From Callorhinchus milii (taxonomy: Eukaryota): a stretch of 64,000 nucleotides of DNA. The stretch spans positions 67,520,001 to 67,584,000 of the forward strand of contig NW_024704742.1 of the NCBI RefSeq assembly GCF_018977255.1. Direction: 5' to 3'. The number at the start of each line of letters is the position of its first letter. Within the stretch, counting starts at the first letter, position 1. Below the pieces are notes generated by a model. The model had not been told where the DNA came from, made no database searches, and worked only from the letters and a program-made list of their open reading frames with translations. Positions 52,258 through 63,929 of the stretch are shown here, in pieces. The position numbers and the translations under genes were made by a program.

Positions 52258-52636
52258 TGTGGAGTCATAGTGATTAGAGCACTCGCCTCGCAAACGAGAG
52301 GGCCCGGGGTGGAATTCCAGGCAGGGCGAGACCTTAGGCAACTTTCCTTATGCCACGCGCGTCTGTTTACCTAGCAGTAAGTAATAATCTGGTTATTAGT
52401 TGATTGGCGGATTACTTGTCCAGAGGTAATAATCCCTTCAAAAAAATAATCAATAAAGAATAATATGGTCACTCAAACCACAAGTGTTTGTGGGACCCTG
52501 CTGTACGCAATTGGCTGCCACGTTTCGCCTACAAAATATAGTCAATTCCGTTTACAATATACACTTACTGTGAAGCACTTTGTGATGTCTCAATGACGTG
52601 ATAAGGCGCTATATCAATTGCGAGGATTATTATTAT
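52258..52636 (+). mobile_element. SINE family A, full length
   Basis: gtggagtcatagtgattagagcactcgcctcgcaaac...gaggattattattatt. Confidence 0.88.
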
Positions 52637-52664
52637 TTTAATCTCTATCCAATGCCTATTAATA

Positions 52665-52914
52665 GGGAGAGATTCCATCTGGATCTAGGCTTACTTTATT
52701 AATACAGCATTTCACAGCAGCATTCAGAATTTGGCAGATGCTTCAATACACCCTTAATTCTGAAACCTTTTTTTCTGAAAGTTTCTTTTTGGAAAAAAAA
52801 CTACAGAAAAGCGGCTTTAAAGGTTAAGACCGAATTCAATGATTTGCCAAATTCTGGATGCTCTTAAACTCTACATAAACAGAGTAAATCTAAACCCAGG
52901 TGGAATTTCTCCCC
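52665..52914. mobile_element. Palindromic MITE, PIF/Harbinger-like
   Basis: Left gggagagattccatctggatctaggcttact pairs with right agtaaatctaaacccaggtggaatttctcccc; inner gcattcagaatttggca pairs with tgccaaattctggatgc; flanked by ata/ata (3-bp TSD). Confidence 0.7.
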
Positions 52915-53067
52915 ATAAATGGGTTATATAACCCTCCAGTGGCTCCTTTGAATATAAATGGGATTGAAGCCAAGAATTTCGTTTACAAAGAGGAACCAGA
53001 CAGAGTGACTCTTATGGAAGATTCTTATTGAAGCATTTGAGATCCTAATGGGCTAGGATAAACTATA

Positions 53068-53441
53068 ATAATTATAATCCTTGCATTTGATATAGTGCCT
53101 TATCATGTCTTCAAGTCGTCTCAAAGCGCTTCACAGAAAGAACTGTAAAGTGAATTGACTGTATATTTTGTGGACCAAGGCAAATTGTGCACAGCAGTGT
53201 CCCACAAACAGTTGTGGATTGAGTGACCAAAATTTTTCTTGAAGAAATTACTACCCCCGGAAAAGCAATCCGCCAATCGACTAATAGCCGGGTTCCTACT
53301 AATGCTAAGTAATCAGAGGCCTAAGGAAAAAGTAAGTAAGGTATAAGGAAACTTGCCTAACATTTTGCCCTGCCCAGGAATTGAACTCAGGTCCTTTCGC
53401 TTGCAAGAGAAGTGCTCTAACCAATACGTGCAGGACTCCAC
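53068..53441 (-). mobile_element. SINE family A, full length
   Basis: Reverse copy ending caggactccac. Confidence 0.88.
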
Positions 53442-54368
53442 AACTGAAGACTAATAACATGTTTAACAACATTTAGAACAAGGGCCACAGTCTCAAGCTG
53501 AGACAAGAGATAGAGAAGAGAGGCACGAGACAAAGAGAGAGAGGTGAGAGAAAGAGGTAGAGAGAGGGAAAAATAAACTAGAAGTGAGAAACCGAGAGAC
53601 TAAAAGAGAGCGATTGAGAGAATAGTTGTTGTACGCAATTTGCTGCAGCGTTTTGTCCAAACGCTCAATTCACTTTACAATATAAACTGTGAAGTGCTTT
53701 GAGACATCTCAACAACATGAAAAAATGCTATATCAAATGCAAGGATTATTATTATTATACAAAGTGGGTGAAGACCCCCAAAAGTGGTCGGATTTACCAC
53801 TTTACGGATTTACATCCGGATTTATTACTTGTGCAAAAAATCCCACAGCCAAGACTCATCCAGAATTGAAATGTTAAGCCACCTTCCACTTGACCTTGAT
53901 GGGTGGCGTCAGGGTATCAGCGAGAAATGTAGAAAGATTGTTTTATCTAATCCAAACTCTCACTTTCAAAACAATCCTTGCTACACCTCTCCCTTTCCCC
54001 ATAAGCAAATTGCTCACATACTACTAATAATAATCCTTGCATAATGCTTTATCACGTCTTCAAAATGACTCAAAGCGCTTCACAGAATACACTGTAAAGC
54101 GAATTGACTGTGTATTTTGTGGCCGATATAGTGCTTTATTATGTTGTTGAGACGTGGCACCGGAGGGGCTTAGCTGTTCCATAGATAACATTCTATTGCA
54201 ACGCAACTTTGATCTGGGACATTAGTCTGAACAGCTCCATATTCCTGGTATCAGATGGAAACCAAATGCTGAACCCAACCTTTGAGTCATTTATCCTACA
54301 ATACACTAAAGAATTATTGGCTCTACTCTCTTGGTCAATGGAAGGTCACGCAATTTGCTGCTGTTGAG

Positions 54369-54598
54369 TAATGGTGGCCAACCTTTTTGTTTGGCCAACC
54401 AAATACAGTACATTTTCTTGATTGATATTTCTTGGTTCATGGCCACACCATAAACATTGCCCCCCCCCAGTAGCTCCTGGAAATAAAACATTGATTTGAA
54501 ACAGACTCACCTAAATTAGTGGGAATGTTCGGCAAGCCACTTCTTGACATTCCCGTAGGCCACCTCCAGCCCTCGAGCCATGGGTTGGCCACCACTTG
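54369..54598. mobile_element. hAT-type non-autonomous DNA transposon (MITE)
   Basis: Perfect 12-bp inverted repeats tggtggccaacc (54372-54383) / ggttggccacca (54583-54594); flanked by ctgttgag / ctgtagag (8-bp TSD, 7/8 match). Confidence 0.75.
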
Positions 54599-55859
54599 CT
54601 GTAGAGATTTAAGGAGACATTTTTCATTGCCACACATCAGCTTTCCCCCTATATCTTCAATGCAATGAATCCTAGTTATACTTGGTAAGATCAGATACAG
54701 CACCTCAGAGTCCTGAGCTATATTTAGGATTCAATACATTTCTCACAATCTTAGGCACAAGATCTAAAATTTAAGATTCGTAGGAATTGTGGAGAATTCT
54801 TAAAAATCCGTCTTAATTTGCAAGCTGTTTTCTGTGCTGGTTTTACTTTTTTTCTATCTCCCACCCTACCCACCCTCCACCCCCCAAACAAGTCTTACTA
54901 GCTTAAACATTTCAACTTGTCTCTTGTGTTTTACACTGCAGCAAAGTGTCATTTTATATCACAGAAAAATCTCTGGCAACACATTCCCACTGGACGCGCA
55001 TTAAATTTGAAAAGAAAAATGTCAGTTAATTTTCCAAGCTAAGATAAGGTGTTTGTGAAATTTACACCAAAATCTATAACCCTCCTAAAAGCATCTGAAA
55101 GAGAAGGGGGGAGAGATTAGATCATTTTGAGGAGAAAGTAGATTGGAATGACATTTGGTTCTACCTACACAAGGTCTGCATTTGGAATCAATTGAAAGAA
55201 GTCCAGTGTAGTCTTACAAGCTCCATTCCTCTCCTATAATTATGACCAGAAGCGCTTCACTGTGCACTCAGTGTGATACTGAGCTGGAAATCTTAATGGA
55301 TGCATTTGACTGGGTTCTACATCACTCACTCATTATAGGACTTAGCCAGAGTACTGTGCCTATATGTTTTAGTTATTTTCTAAATCACCCTGAATTGGAC
55401 AAAAAATTATTCAATGTGTTGCATTTGCTGATGCAGAAAATGCAGGAGACATTCAAAGGTATCATTGAAAATACATTAATAATAATAACTTGCAGCTCAT
55501 TTTCACGTCAGAGGACAACTCACAAGATCACAAGATTGGTTTGAATAAAACAGACCCTTCCACCCATCTGATCTCATCCCTCCAGAACACATGGCCACCC
55601 ACCCTAACCTTTTCCCATCACAGCATTAAGCTGTTTCTTAAATGAGTCCCAGCTTCCCAGCCTCAACCACCCCTCCTGACAACCAATCGTTAATTACCCT
55701 CTGGGTAAAGAAATGCTTCCTGAAACTGTGCTTTGCAAATTTATACCTACAATAATAATAATAAAATTGCATTTGATATAGCACCTTATCACGTCTTTGA
55801 GAAATCTCAAAGCGCTTCACAGAATATACTGTAAAGAGAATTGACTGTGAAATTTGTAC

Positions 55860-56300
55860 AATAATAATACATCTTGCATTTGATACAGCACTTTATCACG
55901 TCATCAAAACATCTCTAAGAACTTCACAGTACGTACTGCAAAGTGTATTGAATGTGTATTTTATAGGCGAAAAGTGGTGGCAAGTTTCATCACAGTAATA
56001 TCCCACAAACAACCATGGAGGTAATGATCAATTTTATTTGGGGGATTGTTGGCCAGGACATCAGGAGAAACTTCCTTATCTTTTTGAATAGTGCCATGGG
56101 ATGTTTAGCGTCCAACTGAACAGACAGCCAGGCCTCGGTTTAACACCTCATCCAAAAGACTGCACCTCCAACAATGTAGCACATCCCCAGCGCTGCATTA
56201 GAATGTCGTCTTAGACTATGTGATTCCAAGGCCCAACATGGGGCTAGAACCCACAACCTTCTGACTCAGAGGCCATACTGCTACGCATGATCCAGACTGA
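55860..56300 (-). mobile_element. SINE family B, full length
   Basis: Reverse copy with Deu-like middle and head gaacccacaaccttctgactcagagg. Confidence 0.85.
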
Positions 56301-56369
56301 CATGGACAGGAAGGAAGGAGGGAAGGAAGGAAGGTCATCCGTATCATTGGAATCAATCCACATGCATGC

Positions 56370-58678
56370 AGATGAAACCCAAATCTACTTCTCCTAAAGC
56401 TGTGAGTCCCAGTCCATTGATCTCCTGTCTGATGGACATCAACGTCTGGATGAGTGTAAATTTCCTGCACCTGAACGTCGGCAAGACAGAAGCCATACTC
56501 TTTGGCTACCATCAACATCTTCTCTCCTGCGGGTTTGAACTACTCCCAGGGCTCTCCCTCAGACTAACCAAACCCGTGTGCAACCTAAGTGTCAGGTTCA
56601 ATCTACCACACATCCATTCCCTGACCAGGAATGCTTTTTTCCACTTGCATCACATTGTCCACCTCCATCTGTACCTCACAACCAAAGCAGCCAAAACTCT
56701 TGTTCATACCTTTGTCACTTCCCGAATGGACTATGCCAATGTCCTCCTCACTGGTCTCCCAAGCTCCACCATATACAAAATTCAACGAATTCAAAACTCC
56801 GCTGCCTGGACATTCACCTGCACAAAACTCTGTAAACATTATACCAGTATAAAACATTATACCAGTCCTTGTCAGGCTCCACTGGCTCCCAATTACAGAA
56901 TAGATCAATTTTAAGATCCTTTCACTTGTTTTCCAAGGTCCTGGAACAAGTCATTGCATCCCAGCTTTGCTCCTTCCTCTCCTGCCACTCCCTTCACAAA
57001 CCCCTCCAATCGGGTTTCCATGCCACCCACAGGACAGAAACAGCTTTGGTCAAAGTGACAAATGACATTTTGTCCATCTGCGACCAGGGCTACCTCTGTC
57101 TTTTTGTCCTCCTTGACCTCTCTGCTGCCTTTGATACTGTTGACCACTTTGTCCTCCTCCACCGCCTCTCCTCTCACCTCAACTTTCATGGTTCTGTCCT
57201 TGAATGGTTCAGATCCTACATTTCACACAACCTCCACAAACGGTTTCTCCTCTAGCCCCTGAACCATCTTGTGTGGTGTTCCTTGGGGCTTTGTCCTCGG
57301 TGCTCTCCTATTCAACCTGTACATGCTCCCTCTTGGTAATATGTATGCGGATGATGCCCAAATCTATCTCTCTGCCTCCACCCTTGACTCCAGGATCACT
57401 GCTGTCATGACAGAATGTCTGTCAGACATCACGTTCTGGATGAGAGCTAACGTTCTTCAGTTGCACTTCTACAAGACCGAGGCTCTCCTGATTTGCTCCT
57501 GTCAGCGCCTCAACATCTCAGCGGCTGACACATTACCATCCAAGGATGCACACTCCACCTTACTAAGCCAGTCCGGAACCTTGGCATCTTGTTTGACTCA
57601 ACTATCCTTTCTACCCCACATCCGTGCCATGACCCGCTCTGCCTTCCCCCCATCTCTGTAATATCATCCAGCTCCACCAATGTCTCACACCGCAGGCCAC
57701 CAAAACTCTCATACACAGATTCATAACATCCAGGCTCGACTATGCAACCTTCCTGCTTGCCGGCCTCCAGAATGCCTCCCTCCATAGGCTGCAGATCAGC
57801 CGGAAATCTGCAGCCCATGTCCTCTCCCGCACAAGGCTGCGTGACCCTATAACCCCATCTTCGCTTAACTCCACTGGCTTCCCATCACACAGAGGATATT
57901 GCTCAAAATTCTGGTCTTCACCTTCAAAGCCCTCCATGACCTTGCTCCCCCCACTACTTCTGCAATCTCCTAACCCCCTAGCAACCTACCCGCTCAATCC
58001 ACGCAGCGGGTTCCGGCCTGCTTCATGTTCCCTGCCTCGCCAACCCCGCCATTGGCGGGCAGGCCTTCAGCCACTCTGCCCCCACCCTCTGGAACTCCAT
58101 CCTGTCATCCTTCTGCCTTAACCCCTCCCTTGCCTTTTTTAAGACCTATCTCAAGACCCTCCTCTTCAACTGTGCCTTCAATCACCCTCCTTCCCCCCCC
58201 GCCCTCTACCCTCCCCTATCCTGAACCCCAGCTGGGGTCCGAAACAATGATTGTCCAGAACCTTGGGATGTCCTCAAGACGTGAAAGGTGCTCTACAAAT
58301 ATAATTTTGTTTTTTTCAAATCCCTTCATGCCCTCACACCTCCCTGCCTATCCAAATTGCTTACACTTCACTCCACCACCCACTACCTCTCCTTGGCTGG
58401 CTCTGGCCTCCTGTTTGTGCCTCATCCCCTCTGCTCCACCATCAGTGTCCATGCCTTCAACTGCTATGCCCCAAAACTCTGAAACTCTCCTCCACAACCC
58501 CTTTGCCTTGCCCCCCTCCCTCCCCACTTTAAATTCCTGCCTAAAGATCTTCCTTTTTGATCGTGCTTGCAACCACCTCCCCCTCCCTAGATGTCAAACT
58601 CCACCACTGTCAAGCTCTCTGGGATGCTACATAATGTGAAGGGTACTATATAAGTGCAAGTTGTTGTTGCTGTTGTTA
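56370..58678 (+). mobile_element. L2 LINE fragment (56370-56931 + 58316-58678) with a second L2 (56932-58312) nested inside
   Basis: Outer: LMDINVWMSVNFLHLNVGKTE...aagatcctttcacttgttttc| resumes |caaatcccttcatgccctc. Inner: SKVLEQVIASQL, PLQSGF, LDLSAAFDTVDH, MYADDAQIY and its own 3' tail at ~58260-58312. Confidence 0.85.
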
Positions 58679-58680
58679 AT

Positions 58681-58842
58681 GGAAGGACGGATGGATGGAA
58701 GGAAGGAAGGAAGGAAGGAAGGAAGGAAGGAAGGAAGGAAGGAAGGAAGGAAGGAAGGAAGGAAGGAAGGAAGGAAGGAAGGAAGGAAGGAAGGAAGGAA
58801 GGAAGGAAGGAAGGAAGGAAGGAAGGAAGGAAGGAAGGAAGG
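58681..58842. repeat. (GGAA)n microsatellite
   Basis: Long, nearly pure GGAA tract. Confidence 0.98.
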
Positions 58843-59587
58843 ATCTTTGTTGAGCCTATAACATCAAATATCTTGAAGACTTTTTGCGAATGGCAAAGTC
58901 TCTCAAACAAATGACCAGATTACTTGCCAAATTACTGTACAGCTATGCAGATAGATGTTGTTATGAAAAGATGGCAGGGTGGGCAGTTCAAAGGATCAGT
59001 TCAAATGGGCCAAAGAGCCCTCTTTATCTGAACCTCTTGTGACATGAGATGAACGATCAATTGATCTGGAGAACCATCATCTGGGACACTGGGAGAAACT
59101 CCCTTCTCTTCTTGAGCTAATAAGATTGCATCATGATTTGCAATCTTATTCTTATAAATCTTATAAATGAGATAAAACCATTCGCATGGTTTTATTTAAT
59201 TTAAATTAACTTAATTCAAGAGGGAACTAGATGTTTGGTGAAGAATTTAAAGGGAGGAATGGGAGGTGAGACACAAAACTACAGTAGGATTCTGGATTAA
59301 TTATTTTAGTGTATTGATTTTTTTCACCATCAGAATGATGACCAAAAGATTGGTCAAAGAGGAAGGTGTTGAGATGAACCTTGAACAATGTGAGGGAGGG
59401 AGTAAATTAGACAGACTCCGGGATGGAGTTCCAGACAGCGGGGGGAGATAAGGGAAAGCTTGACTGCCAATGTTGGGGCAGGTAGGGCGGGGGGCATGAA
59501 GCAGGCTGAGCGAAAGGAACAACCAGGTCAGTAAGGTTTCAGGAGGTCACAGAGGTAGGGTGGGGTGAGACCATGGTGAAATTTAAA

Positions 59588-59922
59588 TAATAATAATAAT
59601 AATATAATAATAATAATCCTTGCATTTGATATAGCGCTTTTCACGTCAGGAGGACGTCCCAAAGCGCTTCACAGAACACACTGTAAAGTGAATTGACTGT
59701 ATATTTGTGGGCGAACGCGGCAGCCAATTGCGCACAGCAATGTCCCACAAACAGTCATAGATTGAAAATGACCAATTTATTATTGTTTTTGGTTTTGGAG
59801 GGATTATTATTAGGCTCTGTGTGGAGTAAGGAAACTTGCCCAAGGTTTCGCCCTCTGCCTGGAATTGAACTCAGGTCTCTCACTTGCCAAGAGAGTGCTC
59901 TAACCACTGAGCTACAGGACTC
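59588..59922 (-). mobile_element. SINE family A, short variant (young)
   Basis: Near-identical reverse complement of 29180-29500. Confidence 0.92.
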
Positions 59923-60429
59923 CCTTACTACAGGACTCATCTTAATTAATGATAATCCTTGCATTCGATGTAGAGTTTAGAACTCCTTCGAGACATCTCA
60001 ATGCCATTCAGTCACAGGGCTCACTGTAAAAGTGTGGTCGCTGTGTGCTTTGTAGGGAAAAGCAGATGATATAATAATAATCCTAGCACTTGGACCAGCG
60101 CTTTATCAAGTTGTGAAGCCATCTCAGAGCACTTCTATATTTCTGTAAAGTGTAGTTACTGTGTATTTTGTTGGCAGAAGGGGACTGCCAATTTGCACAT
60201 AGCAACGACCCAGATTGATTGCTCAATCCTCGATTGGTTGCTGCCACATTTCGCCCAGAAAATACACAGCTATCATGTCTCGCCCACAAAATACAGAGTA
60301 AATTCACTTTGCAATATATTCTGTGAAGTGATTTGAGAAATCTCAACAGTGTGATAAGATGCTATATCAAATGTAACGATGATTATTATTAATATATTTA
60401 TTTGATCCCTGTATTATTCTGGGTTACAG

Positions 60430-60621
60430 GTTCCTTGCTACTCGTACGGACAGAAGCTATCGAAGCTGGCGATCCTGCGGATAGCATGTAATTACATCCT
60501 GTCCCTGGCCACACTGGCAGACATGGACTACAGTTCCGACCACGGCAACATGAGTTTCTCTGACTGTGTGGAGCAATGCACCAGGACGTTGCAAGCGGAG
60601 GGCAGGTCAAAAAAGAGGAAG
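60430..60621 (+). CDS. ATOH8: Atonal bHLH transcription factor 8, internal coding exon (exon 2)
   Basis: Bounded by ttacag|GTT and AAG|gtgagt; 192 bp, phase 0/0. Translates to VPCYSYGQKLSKLAILRIACNYILSLATLADMDYSSDHGNMSFSDCVEQCTRTLQAEGRSKKRK, nearly identical to the recalled vertebrate ATOH8 bHLH loop/helix 2 and C-terminus (human VPCYSYGQKLSKLAILRIACNYILSLARLADLDYSADHSNLSFSECVQRCTRTLQAEGRAKKRK). ORF 60523..60942 is in this frame. Confidence 0.97.
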
Positions 60622-60889
60622 GTGAGTGTGAAGCAGGTTCTAGGACCACGCAACCACCCTGTCTCTCCCATAGCCTGTCCACCTTTCCCTCTATTTATAC
60701 CCAATACATCACTAGGTTTGGATTGTCGCCTTGTGACTGGCGCCCTACAAATTCAAGGATTAAACCCAAAAAAAGAAACTGTTTTTAAAGAGCGAGTCAC
60801 TGCCTTTTGCACATTTGCTACTTTATTATATGTAAATGTTATATACGTTTCATCCGCAAAATATACAGTCAATATATTAGATAATTATT

Positions 60890-61030
60890 TGGGGAGGACA
60901 AGTTTGCAGGGCTATGGGGCGAGAGTGGGGGCGTGGGAGTGAATTAGGTAGCTCTTTTCAAAGAGCCAGCACAGACACGATGGGCCGAATGGTCTCCTTC
61001 TGTGCTGTATAATTCTATGATTCTACGATT
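60890..61030 (+). mobile_element. CR1 LINE 3' end inserted in a SINE tail
   Basis: gcagggctatggggcgagagtgggg...gggccgaatggtctccttctgtgctgtataattctatgattctacga; flanked by SINE tail pieces cacagtc-like / ttcactttacagt. Confidence 0.8.
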
Positions 61031-61849
61031 CACTTTACAGTATCTTGTGTGAAGTGCTTTGGGACATCTCGACAACGTGATAAGGATTAGTTAAAAAAGC
61101 TTTTGCACATTTGCATCATTTTTATGTGTAAAAAGCCTTTATTTAGTATATAGAAAAGCCTTTTGCTTATTATTACAATAATATTTGCTACTTTTTATAT
61201 GCAAAAAGAGTTCTACACATTCGCTACTTTCTAAGATGTTGAAAAAGAGCCTTTTGCACATTTGCTATTTTTTTTACACATGTATATGTAAGTATGCAAT
61301 TGCCTTTCCCCTGCCTTGTGCCCCCACCCCCCCACCCCCCTCTGTTTATCTCAGAGGCTGTGTTTGACACGAGCAGAGGGGGGGGGGCTCTTTAACAGCA
61401 GTCTCAGGGCAGAAACATTTCAGAACAGTGAAGTCATTTGTTTTTATTTGAAGCAAAGAGACCAATGGAAGGGTTGGCTGTTTAGTTGGTTGTTAGTTTG
61501 TGGAAGGAGTGGGGAGGGGGGGGGGGAAGAGAGTCATTTTTTTAAAGTAAAATAGTTCAGACAAGGTTACCAACCAACCCCGCTGGGTGCAATAGACGAG
61601 GTAGTCTATTCATTGGCAACAACAACAAAAAATACCTCTTTGCACAGACTTAATCGGCTCCGGGTTTATAAAACGCCTCAGTGTTTTTTATGACAACCTG
61701 TAGAAGCGCTTAATGCAAAGAGCTTTTGAGTTAAATCCCCACAGAAGCCGCTTCAAGTGCTTCCAGCTTTTAATATGACCCAGTCCATAATTTTATCTCT
61801 CAAAAACATCAGCGTTTGTATTTTTTTTTCCCCTTTACTCTCTCTCCCT

Positions 61850-61871
61850 CTCTCTGAGCACATCTTTATAT

Positions 61872-61906
<35 letters not shown>

Positions 61907-62150
61907 ATTCATAAAAATATTAGACTTATGGAGCAATTCATTAAAGTCCCTCTCTTTTTATCTCTGAGCAAATATTCAATATATATATATATATAAGAAT
62001 ATTAGACTTGTAGAGTAATTCACTCCTGTGTGTCTCTTTCTCTTTGTCATTCTCTCTCTCTGAGCAATTATTCCCTATACACACATATATTTATAAGTGT
62101 ATTAGACTTGCAGAGTAATTCATTAAACTCTCTCTCTCTCTCTCTCTCTC
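61850..62150. repeat. Three degenerate ~80-100 bp tandem units (tctctgagca...attagactt...aattca) with embedded microsatellites
   Basis: attagactt(a/g)nnga g(c/t)aattca at ~61919, 62001 and 62101. Confidence 0.7.
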
Positions 62151-63582
62151 CAGTTAAGCTTTCATTCTGATTTTCTGACAATGGGCGCTTTTAAACTCTG
62201 TCTGAACTTCCTTCACATTCTTTTATATTTCAAGCCCTGATGGTGTGCAATAAATCAGGGCTTGTGATCTTGCCCCCGTGTTGTTTTGGGCTGAGGGTGG
62301 GGGGGGGAGGGGGGGGGGTTGTGGTGCGTGTGTGGGGGTGGGGGTGAGTGTTGGGATAGGAGAGGGGAGAGGCAGAGGGAGAGAGGGAGAGAGTGAATGA
62401 ATGGAGGATGGTTAGAGGAGGCTCTGGTATTTGTTCAGTCCCAGACTCCAGATGTTCAGCTGCTGGTGTGGGAAGCGTTGCTGGCGCCACTCGGGGCAGA
62501 GGGCAAGGCAGAGGCACGCGATTTGGGGGAAGAAATATTCAGTCACACGAAACATTTGGCACATTCCCCAGCACTCGGCTGGACATCTGTTCCAAAAAAA
62601 CTTTTTTAATAGCTGCTTTCTGAGCGGGATACACTGACTGCAGCTGTTTCATGTGAAGGAGAGAGAATTAGAGGGAGGGGGAGAGAGAGAGAGAGAAAGA
62701 AGGGAAACTTATACAGCCACAGTATAACTCTACGTGAATAGAGTTGTTACAGTCTTTATAACGCAGTAAAATAAATCTCTCAAAAAAAATGTTTATCATT
62801 AGCACAGAAAAAGGAAAGTCTTTAACTTTTTTTTGGAGCCCTCGGATTTGTTGGTAAAAGAAAAGTTTGCCTTTTTTTTACACACCAGTTTTAGTTGGTT
62901 TGTTTTAATTTGACCCAAGGTTAGTTACAGAGAGAGAAAAAAAATCAGGAGTTTATTTAAAGAGGTGGCGAGGGAATTTTAACACAAGCCAATTCCAACC
63001 AGGGTCAAGAAAGTAGCATTTTCAGAATTCAGCAAAATGTTGAATTCAGTCTTAACTTCAAAGTTTTTAACTTTTTCCCTCTGTAATTCACAAGAGTGTT
63101 TCGATTGAAGAAAACCCCTTCGGCTTATTTGATTTGTTCCTTTCAGAATACCTTGCACTACACCCCCCCACCTCCCACTCCATCGCAGTGTTAAGCTGGT
63201 TTTTAAAATGATCCTTAAGAGAAAGGTTCAGAGAAAATCAGTTTCAAAATTAAAGGCCGTTGCTTAAGAGTCTGACACAAAAATACACAGTCACTTAAGT
63301 TTACAATATATCCTGTGAAGCGCTTTGAGACATCTCAACGATGTGATAAGGCGCTATATCAAATGTAAGGATTATTATTATTTATTATTATGGCCATCCT
63401 AAAATGCTACATAAACAGAGTGAATCTAGAGTGTTTCGTGCTATTGTGATAATAGCACACCCACCCAGTGGTGCAATGTAAAGTGACACAATTGTCACTT
63501 TAATTTTCCTGAATTAAGATACCCACTCCCACACAAAGTCACTGATTCACATTGGGGGTAAGGTTCTGTCAGGGCCAGTTTA

Positions 63583-63928
63583 ATAATAACAATCCTTGCA
63601 TTTGATACGGCTCCTTATCACGTCGTTGAGACGTCTCAAAGAACTTCACAGAATATATTGTAAAGTGGATTTACTGCATATTTTGTGGGCGAAACGTGGC
63701 AGTTAATTGCACACAGCAGTGTCCCACAAACAGTCGTGGATTGAGTGATCAGTCANTTTTTTTGAGGGATTATTAGTCCCTGAAAGCTATCTGCCAATTA
63801 ATTAACAAGTGGGTTGCTAGGTAAACAGAGGTGTGCAAAGTAAAGAAACTTGCCTAAGGTATCAAACTCGGGCTAGGGCCTCTTGCGTGTGAGGCAAGCG
63901 CGCTAACCACTATGCTACAGGACTCCAC
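63583..63928 (-). mobile_element. SINE family A, full length
   Basis: Reverse copy ending gctacaggactccac. Confidence 0.88.
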
Positions 63929-63929
63929 A

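Noticed and set aside
58587..58914. ORFs with PSFL / EGRK repeats
   Set aside because: Translation of the (GGAA)n microsatellite.
60622..60942. Extended ATOH8 C-terminus by read-through of ORF 60523..60942
   Set aside because: A consensus donor (AAG|gtgagt) sits at the conserved boundary; the downstream peptide has no ATOH8 similarity and runs into SINE/CR1 sequence.
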